Sequence record: LC546831.1
Strand: one strand, 5' to 3'
Origin: a plasmid
Length of the DNA stretch: 64,000 nucleotides
Shown piece after piece: positions 56,675-64,000 of this stretch. Both the position numbers and the translations under genes were made by a program. Within the stretch, counting starts at the first letter, position 1. Each line of letters starts with the position of its first letter. The notes below the pieces were generated by a model that saw only the letters and a list, made by a program, of their open reading frames with translations, searched no databases and was not told the DNA's origin.

Positions 56675-59600
56675 TGAGTATTGGTCAAGTTGGCCCCGCC
56701 GGTAAAGCCGGCGACTACTACACCCATCAGGACAACTACTACGTGCTGGGCAGCATGGACGAACGCTGGGTGGGTCAGGGCGCAGAAGCGTTGGGTTTAA
56801 CTGGCAAGGTGGACGTCAAAGATTTCGTGGCCGTGCTGGAAGGCAAGTTACCGGACGGCAGTGACCTGACCCGCATGGTCGGTGGCGAGAATAAACACCG
56901 CCCCGGCTATGACCTGACGTTTTCGGCGCCCAAAAGCGTATCCATCATGGCGATGTTGGGCGGCGACAAACGCCTTATCGCGGCGCATAACCACGCGGTA
57001 GAGGTCGCGGTGCGCGAGGTGGAGAAACTGGCCTCGACCCGCAGTATGACCGAGGGCGTATCCGAGACCAGGCTGACCGGCAACCTGGTGGTGGCGTTGT
57101 TTAACCACGATACGTCGCGCGACCTTGACCCACAGATGCACACGCATGCGGTGGTGGCCAACGTCACGCAGCATGACGGCAAGTGGCAGACGCTGTCCTC
57201 CGATACGGTCGGCAAGACCGGGTTTATCGAGAGCGTGTATGCCAATCAGGTGGCTTTCGGGCAGATATACCGCCATGTGCTGCGTCAGGATACGGAAGCC
57301 ATGGGGTATCAAACCGAGAACGTCGGGCCGCACGGCATGTGGGAGTTTAAAGGTATGGAGAACGTAATTGACGTGTTCTCCAAACGCAACCACGCCATCG
57401 ACGCCGCCGCCGGCCCAGATGCCTCACTCAAATCACGCGATATGGCGACGCTCGACACCCGCAAAGCCAAGGTCGCCAGCGATCCGGCTGCCCTGGCGGT
57501 CGAGTGGCTGCAGGAAATGAAATCCGCCGGCTTTGATGCCAAAGCCTATCTGGCGGAGGCGCAGTCTCGCACGATGGTGACGCTGTCCCCGACGCCGCTG
57601 GAAGCGGGGGGGGACGCGCTTGTCGACCAGGCGGTGGGACAAGCCATCTCGGCGCTGTCTGACCGGCAGGTCAACTTCACGCACAACCAGGTGGCCAACA
57701 AGGCCATCAGCTATCTCTCCGGGGAGCCGGGCATGCTGGACGCGGTACGCGACGGCATCGACCGCGCCATCGAGCGCGAGCAGCTTATTCCGCTCGACAA
57801 GGAGAAAGGCGTATTTACCTCCGATATTCATCTGCTCGATGAGCTGAGCGTGGCGCAGCTCAGCCGCACGCACCTTGACGAGAGTGCGGTGGTGATAGGC
57901 GCGCCAAAGTCTGACCCGCGCACCGGCAGCATGCCAACCTACAGCGATGCCGTGCAGCAGCTGGCGCAACATGCGCCGGCGATGGCGGTGTTGTCAGGCA
58001 TTGGGGGCGCATCGGTAAATCGTTCCCGCGTGGCGGAAGTGGTGGAGCTGGCACGCGAGCAGGGCCGCGACGCCACCGTGTTGACCGTTGACCGGCAGTC
58101 ACAGCAGTATCTGCAGCAAAGCGTCCATCTTGATGAAGGCCGCGTGGTGACGCGCGCCGCGCTCGGCAGCGAGGCGCTGTTTGCGCCGAACAGCACGCTG
58201 GTCGTTGATCAGGCGGAAAAACTGACGCTCAAGGAGACCGTAGCGCTGCTGGATGGCGCCGTGCGTAACAACGTGCAGCTGGTGCTGATGGATACCGAAA
58301 AGCGCAAGGGGACGGGCAATGCGCTTGCCGTCATGAAGGAGGCCGGTGTACCCCGCTATCAGTTCAGTGGCCGTCAGGCGGTGCCGGCGGAGGTGGTAAG
58401 CGAGCCGGACAAGGCCCAGCGCTTCGGTCAGTTGGCCAAAGGCGTGGTGCAGGTATTGGCTGAAGACCGGTCGGCGGTCGCGCAGGTAAACGGCCCGGCC
58501 GACCAGCGGATGTTGACGGCCATGATCCGTGACGAGCTGAAAGATACCGGGCTGCTGGGACGGGAAGAGACCACCGTGACGACGCTGACACCGGTATGGC
58601 TGGACAGCAAAAATCGGGGCGCCATCGATACCTACCGGGAAGGCATGGTGATGGAGCGCTGGGATGCGGAGAGCCGGCAGCGCGAGCGGTTCGTTATCGA
58701 CCGGGTCGGTGCGCAAACGCGCAACCTGGTGTTGCGTAACGCCGAGGGTGAAAAACAGCGGCTTGCCGTCAAAGAGGTGGACAAGGACTGGTCGTTGTTC
58801 CGGGCCGGTACGATGGGTGTTGCCGACGGCGAACGCCTGCGGGTGCTGGGTCAGGAAGGACGGGGCAAGGATGCGCTGAAGGCCGGCACGGCGCTGACGG
58901 TTGTTCGTGCCGGCGCCGGCGAGCTGCAGGTAAAAGTGGCCGGCGAGCCGGATGCGACGCAGAAGCCGGAGACCCGGACGCTCGCGGTCGGCAGCGACGT
59001 CTTCAGCGCCGTCAAGGTGGCGCCGGCGTATGTGGAAAGCCTCGGCGCGTCGGTGAGCAGTACGGCGGCGGTCTATGCCGCGGTGAAGAAAAACGAGCTT
59101 AACAGCGCCACGCTGAGTGGCATCGCGCGCAGCGGCGGGCACATCACCCTCTATTCAGCGCTCGATGCGCGCAAGACGCAGGAGAAAGTCGCCCAGCATC
59201 CGGCGTACCGCCTGGCAGGCGAGCAGGTCAAACAACTGGCCGGTGAGGAGGGGCTTGATGCCGCGATCGCCGGGCAGAAAACATCTCTGTTTACCCCGGC
59301 ACAGCAGGCCATTCATCTGGCCATTCCGACGCTGGAAGGAGATAGCGTCGCGTTTGGCCAGGCCAAACTGCTGGCCGGTAGCCTCAGTTTTGCGGCCAAA
59401 GGCGTGTCGATGGAAGCCATCCAGGCGGAAATCGAGGCGCAGGTCAAACGCGGGGAGCTGCTGCAAGTGGATGTCGCGCCCGGTGTTGGGGCGGATTTGC
59501 TGGTCTCGCGCGCCAGCTTCGAGGCAGAGAAAAGCATTATTCGTCTGATCGCCGACGGAAAAGACAGTATGCCGGCGCTGATGAGTGAGTCGGCGAGAAA

Positions 59601-61953
59601 TCAACTGGCATCAAGTCAAAGCTCGCTTACACAGGGGCAGAAAGAGAGTGTTGACCTCATTCTCGGTACGACCGACCGGTTTGTGGCCATCCAGGGCTAT
59701 GCCGGTGTGGGGAAAACCACCCAGTTCAAGGCGGTGCTCGCCGGGATAGAGCAGTTGCCTGAAAGCGAGCGGCCCCGCGTCGTGGGGCTGGCGCCGACGC
59801 ACCGTGCGGTGGGTGAAATGCAGGCAGCCGGCGTCGATGCGCAAACACTGGCGTCGTTCCTGCACGATGAGGGGCTGAAGGTCGCCGGCGGCGAGAAACC
59901 GGACTACCGCAACACGCTGTTCGTGGTGGATGAGAGTTCGATGGTCGGCAACAGCGACATGGCGCGCGCCTACGCGTTGATTGCCGAGGGCAACGGCCGT
60001 GCGGTGATGAGCGGTGACGAAGCCCAGCTGGAAGCGATTGCGCCGGGCGCGCCGTTCCGGCTGGCGCAGGGGCGCAGCGCCATCGATATGGCGGTCATGA
60101 AAGAGATTGTGCGCCAGACCCCCGAGCTGAAGCCGGCGGTGTACAAGATGATTGATAACGATGTGCCTGGTGCGCTGGACGTGGTGCGCGCCGTGGCGCC
60201 GGCCAACGTGCCCCGACAAGCTGATGCCTGGGTGCCGGCGCAGTCGGTCGTTGAATACCCCACCAATGGGCCGGATAACATACATGCCGCGATTGTCAGC
60301 GATTATCTGGGGCGCACCGAGGCAGCCCGGCAGGATACGCTGATCATCACCCACCTTAATGCCGACCGGCACATCATCAATGCCGGTATTCACCAGGAAC
60401 GTAAAGCGGCGGGCGAGCTGAAGGGGGCGTCCGTCAATCTGCCCATCCTTGAGACCGCCAATATCCGTGACGGCGAGCTGCGCAAGCTGGACACCTGGGC
60501 GCGTCACCGGGACGCCGTCGTCCTGCTGGATAACACCTACTACCGGATGGCCGACATCGACAGTCAGTCCCGTACCGTCAGCCTGCAGGACAGCGAGGGC
60601 AATACCCGGCAGTTTTCCCCCGCCAGTGCGGTGCGCGAAGGCGTCACGTTGTACAACCCGCGCACCATCGAGGTAAACGTGGGCGACCGCATGCGCTTCT
60701 CCAAATCAGACGTCGAGCGCGGGCATGTGGCCAACAGCACCTGGACGGTCAAGGCGATAAAAGGTGACATGGTCACGCTGTCCGATGGACAACAGACCCG
60801 TACCGTCAATCCCCGCGAGCAGCAACAAGACCGGCACGTCGATTTGGCCTATGCCATCACCGCCCACGGTGCCCAGGGTGCCAGCGAACGTTTTGCCATC
60901 ACACTCGAGGGGGTGGAATGCGGGCGTGAGCCGCTGGTCAACCGGGCGTCGGCCTATGTGGCGCTCTCGCGCGCCAAGGAGCACGTGCAGGTGTACACCG
61001 ACAACGAAGCCGGGTGGCTGAACGCCATTGGCAAGGCGAAGGCGCGCACCACGGCCCATGATGCGGTGCTGGGGATGGCGCCGGGCAGCCAGAAAGCGGC
61101 CGCCGACCTCTACGGCAAAGCGGTCTCTTTATCTGATAACGCGCTGGGACGCGCGGTGCTGCGCGGAAGCCAGCTTACCGGCGACACGCTGGCGCACTAT
61201 GTGTCTCCGGGTAAGAAGTATCCGCAGCCCCACGCCATGCTGCCGATGTATGACGCCAACGGCAAACCGGCAGGCGCTTGGCTGGCGCCTCTAGCGGACA
61301 CTCAGGGGAAAAGCGTCGGGGGACTGCCGACGCAGGGGCGAGTGTTCGGCAGTGACAGCGCGCAGTTCGTGGCGCTGCAGGGGAGCCGCAACAACGAGAC
61401 CAGGCTGGCCGGGACGATGCAGGAGGGTATCCGGCTGGCGGCACGCTATCCCGACAGTGGCGTGGTGGTACGCCTGCAGGGTGACGACGTGCCGTTCAAC
61501 CCCCAGGCGATGACCGGTGGCAGGGTGTGGGTGAACGACGAGACGCTCAAGGCCACTGCACGGGAGAGCGGCGCGTCCGACAATGTCATTAAATTGCCGG
61601 AGAGCCCGGAAGAACGCCTGCAGCGTGAACTGCAGGCGCAGGCCGACAAACTGGGCCGTGAACCGAACGCCCCTGACCCGCAGCGGCTGGCCGGGCTTAA
61701 CGATGAGCAGCTACGTGCGTTGCTTGCGCGCGGCGAACTGCGCGCCGAGGACGTGAAAGACCGTCTGCCGGAGGCGGTCATGCGGGAGGTGATGGGTCAG
61801 GATGTGGCACAGCGGATCGATGCCGCTGTCCGCCAGGTGGCGCGCGAGCCGGTATCGACTCGCAGCCGGCTGCAGCAGGATGAACAGAACCTGGTGCGGG
61901 ATACCCATGCGGAGCGGGAACTGAACAAAGAGAAAACCCTGGGCGGCGACTGA
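56671..61953 (+). CDS. traI: TraI relaxase-helicase (MOBF)
   Basis: MMSIGQVGPAGKAGDYYTHQDNYYVLGSM matches the F TraI N-terminus. Contains HTH..NVT (HxH-type) relaxase motifs. Helicase Walker A GYAGVGKTT. About 1760 aa. Confidence 0.9.
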   Translation: MMSIGQVGPAGKAGDYYTHQDNYYVLGSMDERWVGQGAEALGLTGKVDVKDFVAVLEGKLPDGSDLTRMVGGENKHRPGYDLTFSAPKSVSIMAMLGGDKRLIAAHNHAVEVAVREVEKLASTRSMTEGVSETRLTGNLVVALFNHDTSRDLDPQMHTHAVVANVTQHDGKWQTLSSDTVGKTGFIESVYANQVAFGQIYRHVLRQDTEAMGYQTENVGPHGMWEFKGMENVIDVFSKRNHAIDAAAGPDASLKSRDMATLDTRKAKVASDPAALAVEWLQEMKSAGFDAKAYLAEAQSRTMVTLSPTPLEAGGDALVDQAVGQAISALSDRQVNFTHNQVANKAISYLSGEPGMLDAVRDGIDRAIEREQLIPLDKEKGVFTSDIHLLDELSVAQLSRTHLDESAVVIGAPKSDPRTGSMPTYSDAVQQLAQHAPAMAVLSGIGGASVNRSRVAEVVELAREQGRDATVLTVDRQSQQYLQQSVHLDEGRVVTRAALGSEALFAPNSTLVVDQAEKLTLKETVALLDGAVRNNVQLVLMDTEKRKGTGNALAVMKEAGVPRYQFSGRQAVPAEVVSEPDKAQRFGQLAKGVVQVLAEDRSAVAQVNGPADQRMLTAMIRDELKDTGLLGREETTVTTLTPVWLDSKNRGAIDTYREGMVMERWDAESRQRERFVIDRVGAQTRNLVLRNAEGEKQRLAVKEVDKDWSLFRAGTMGVADGERLRVLGQEGRGKDALKAGTALTVVRAGAGELQVKVAGEPDATQKPETRTLAVGSDVFSAVKVAPAYVESLGASVSSTAAVYAAVKKNELNSATLSGIARSGGHITLYSALDARKTQEKVAQHPAYRLAGEQVKQLAGEEGLDAAIAGQKTSLFTPAQQAIHLAIPTLEGDSVAFGQAKLLAGSLSFAAKGVSMEAIQAEIEAQVKRGELLQVDVAPGVGADLLVSRASFEAEKSIIRLIADGKDSMPALMSESARNQLASSQSSLTQGQKESVDLILGTTDRFVAIQGYAGVGKTTQFKAVLAGIEQLPESERPRVVGLAPTHRAVGEMQAAGVDAQTLASFLHDEGLKVAGGEKPDYRNTLFVVDESSMVGNSDMARAYALIAEGNGRAVMSGDEAQLEAIAPGAPFRLAQGRSAIDMAVMKEIVRQTPELKPAVYKMIDNDVPGALDVVRAVAPANVPRQADAWVPAQSVVEYPTNGPDNIHAAIVSDYLGRTEAARQDTLIITHLNADRHIINAGIHQERKAAGELKGASVNLPILETANIRDGELRKLDTWARHRDAVVLLDNTYYRMADIDSQSRTVSLQDSEGNTRQFSPASAVREGVTLYNPRTIEVNVGDRMRFSKSDVERGHVANSTWTVKAIKGDMVTLSDGQQTRTVNPREQQQDRHVDLAYAITAHGAQGASERFAITLEGVECGREPLVNRASAYVALSRAKEHVQVYTDNEAGWLNAIGKAKARTTAHDAVLGMAPGSQKAAADLYGKAVSLSDNALGRAVLRGSQLTGDTLAHYVSPGKKYPQPHAMLPMYDANGKPAGAWLAPLADTQGKSVGGLPTQGRVFGSDSAQFVALQGSRNNETRLAGTMQEGIRLAARYPDSGVVVRLQGDDVPFNPQAMTGGRVWVNDETLKATARESGASDNVIKLPESPEERLQRELQAQADKLGREPNAPDPQRLAGLNDEQLRALLARGELRAEDVKDRLPEAVMREVMGQDVAQRIDAAVRQVAREPVSTRSRLQQDEQNLVRDTHAERELNKEKTLGGD

Positions 61954-62031
61954 CGCGCTGCGCTTGTCCAACGCCGCGCGAGACAGGCGACAAGCCCCTG
62001 CCTCACACGGCATTACCTAAAGGAAGAACGG

Positions 62032-62250
62032 ATGAACACAACCCAAAACGGATCAACGACGCAGGGCGTCTTGTTAAACGCAGCGGTCTTGCTGTCCGGG
62101 GCCGTGACGCTCTGGGGATATGTGCAGAGGGACGTGCTGAGCGACCTGCCGCTGTATTGGCGCAATGCGCTTGTCCCGTTGCCGCTGCTGGTCTTCATGA
62201 GCTTGAAGCACCTGCAGGCGTGGCTGAACAGGGCGGACAAACATGAGTAA
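62032..62250 (+). CDS. Small membrane protein (72 aa)
   Basis: RBS AAGGAAG. 2 TM helices. Confidence 0.4.
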   Translation: MNTTQNGSTTQGVLLNAAVLLSGAVTLWGYVQRDVLSDLPLYWRNALVPLPLLVFMSLKHLQAWLNRADKHE

Positions 62251-62797
62251 GGCACCGCGACTCCCCGCCCGCGTGTTTGGCGTTGCCGCCCTGGTGCTCA
62301 GCGGCTGGCTGCCGGCATCGCCCCTGTTGGCGGCGCCGGCGGTACAGGTGGGGTTTTCACCGGAAGGGTCGGCGCAGCAACTGGTACTGAGCGTTATCGG
62401 TGAGGCGCAGCGCGATATTCGCCTGATGGGGTACGCCTTTACCTCGCCGGAGGTGGCGCGGGCGCTGATTGCGGCGCACCGGCGCGGGGTGGGCATTTGG
62501 GTGGTGGTCGATGCGAAGGCCAATCAGAACGGCGCCGGCCGGGCGGCACTGAACCTGCTGGCCAACGCCGGCGTGAACGTCAGGACGGTCAACAGCTATA
62601 AGATTTTGCACGACAAGGTGATCGTTGTGGATGGCGTGACGATCGAGACGGGCAGCTTCAATTTCAGCCGAGCGGCACACCGCGCCAACTCGGAAAATGT
62701 GGTGGTGCTGCGCGACATGCCGGAAGTGGCCAAACAGTATATGGCGCACTGGCAATCCCGTTGGGCGCAGGGCCAGGACTGGCAGTCTACTTACTAA
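62243..62797 (+). CDS. nuc: PLD-family (HKD) secreted endonuclease, Nuc-like
   Basis: Signal peptide. Single HKD motif LHDKVIVVD. About 180 aa, like plasmid Nuc. Confidence 0.7.
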   Translation: MSKAPRLPARVFGVAALVLSGWLPASPLLAAPAVQVGFSPEGSAQQLVLSVIGEAQRDIRLMGYAFTSPEVARALIAAHRRGVGIWVVVDAKANQNGAGRAALNLLANAGVNVRTVNSYKILHDKVIVVDGVTIETGSFNFSRAAHRANSENVVVLRDMPEVAKQYMAHWQSRWAQGQDWQSTY

Positions 62798-63047
62798 GAA
62801 AGGAAATCGGATGGCAATGTTCGATCCGCACAGCGGAAAACTGCAGCAGGTACGCGAGGTAGGGGTCGTCTCAGAATTCGGAAAATAAAGCACGCTAGCG
62901 GTTGATCTGTCAGGTTGAAGCCTGAGAGGCCGAGCGCAGATCGTCAGAAAAGGCGAAAAACGATCCTAATCTGACGCAACATAGGTGGGGTGCCTGACGC
63001 CCGGTTGAGGCGTACTTCAACTGGACACCATTCCAGAAAGACCAAGC

Positions 63048-63842
63048 ATGGCATGGCCTGCCGCTGTCTTACCGTGCTTTATTTCCCGTTTTCTCTATCG
63101 ACCCCAGGTAGTGCGCTTCACCCCGCTGCAGCAGGACGTACTGAAATTTTTGGCATTGGTGTTGATGGTTGTCGATCACGCCAACCGCGCGCTGGGGCTA
63201 CATGAGCCGGTTCTTCTGCTGCTGGGGCGGGGAGCATTTCCGCTGTTCGCCTTGCTGTGGGGATACAACCTGGCGTCGCGGCCTGTCAGGCAGACGCAGG
63301 CGACTCGGCTGTGGATATGGGCTGTGGTTGCGCAGCCGGGTTATTGGCTGGTGATGCGTCATGACGGGCTGGCATTTACCGATCCGAATATTTTGTTCCT
63401 GTTCGCTGCCGTGACACAGGCGCTGGCCGTGGCGTCGTTGCCGATGCGCAAGGGCGCACCTAACCCGGTATTGGCCGGCGGCGTTTTGCTGGCGCTGTGG
63501 TGGGCGTATGGCGCCACAGACGGCAGTTACGGTACTGCCGGCGTTCTGTTGCTGTTGGCCAGTTATGGGCTGTGCGTTTCCCTGCCGGGGTACGTGACGG
63601 CCGTCTGGCCGGTGCGCGGGCTGGCGATCGTGGCCTGGCCGCTCTTGGTGCTGATGCTCAATGCCGAGCTGGGCGGCACGATGATGCTGGCCGGCCTGCT
63701 GCTGCCGGCAGTGCTCATCCTGGGGACGCTGCCTCTGGCGACGCCGTTCAATCAACAGCGACTGTTGCCGCGGGGGTTTTTCTTGTACGGCTATGTAGGG
63801 CACTTGTTGTTGCTGGCGTTGCTCGCCTGGTTGGTTCGTTAA
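63048..63842 (+). CDS. traX: TraX (F-pilin N-acetylase family membrane protein)
   Basis: LKFLALVLMVVDHANRALG resembles F TraX ALVLMVLDHIN. Polytopic. After traI. Confidence 0.7.
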   Translation: MAWPAAVLPCFISRFLYRPQVVRFTPLQQDVLKFLALVLMVVDHANRALGLHEPVLLLLGRGAFPLFALLWGYNLASRPVRQTQATRLWIWAVVAQPGYWLVMRHDGLAFTDPNILFLFAAVTQALAVASLPMRKGAPNPVLAGGVLLALWWAYGATDGSYGTAGVLLLLASYGLCVSLPGYVTAVWPVRGLAIVAWPLLVLMLNAELGGTMMLAGLLLPAVLILGTLPLATPFNQQRLLPRGFFLYGYVGHLLLLALLAWLVR

Positions 63843-64000
63843 GACGGTAAAAAAATCGATGATGCAGATCTCAGTATGTAGGGCAATATCCGCCAATATC
63901 ATATGTTCTGGACAGAAAAGATCGCTTTGAAGCTGCTAAGCCAAGGTTTTTGTAGTAGTCTCTGCTAAATGATCCTTTTTAGATCCTTGGGGAGGCTGGG

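Noticed and set aside
1-64000. Looked for tRNA, rRNA, CRISPR arrays, transposases/IS ends and integron attC sites
   Set aside because: None seen by inspection. The only recombinase is the short tyrosine resolvase-like gene.

Overview
This window looks like the leading region, oriT and almost the whole transfer (tra) operon of an F-like (MOBF relaxase / F-type mating pair formation system) conjugative plasmid from a high-GC Enterobacterales host. Background GC is roughly 55-60% by eye, with several low-GC inserts. Left to right: (i) a partial vapBC toxin-antitoxin pair at the left edge. (ii) A minus-strand two-gene cassette, nucleotidyltransferase plus multi-TM protein, that resembles a type I CBASS defence system. 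(iii) A short tyrosine recombinase (resolvase-like). (iv) A maintenance/leading block: SSB-like gene, parAB, orphan DNA methyltransferase, KlcA/ArdB-like antirestriction gene, large ParB-like nuclease, psiB-psiA, a RelE/Phd-type toxin-antitoxin pair, DUF932, and many small unknown ORFs. This block is punctuated by seven copies of the 16-bp palindrome GTTTCGCATGCGAAAC and four copies of a highly structured ~450-bp repeat that I read as Frpo/ssi-type single-strand promoters. (v) A lytic transglycosylase (F gene X/orf169-like), an AT-rich oriT carrying an F-type nic motif on the minus strand (~29468/29469), and traM. (vi) A low-GC, reverse-oriented four-gene operon (response regulator, GT9-like glycosyltransferase, secreted protein, hybrid histidine kinase) sitting exactly where traJ is in F, divergent from traY. 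(vii) traY-traA-traL-traE-traK-traB-(traP-like)-traV-traC-trbI-dsbC-like-traW-orf-traU-trbC-traN-traF-traQ-trbB-traH-traG-(traS-like)-traD-traI-orf-nuc(PLD)-traX. No traT, transposase, tRNA, rRNA or CRISPR array was found. Every call below comes from reading the translated ORFs and recalling family motifs. No database search was run.
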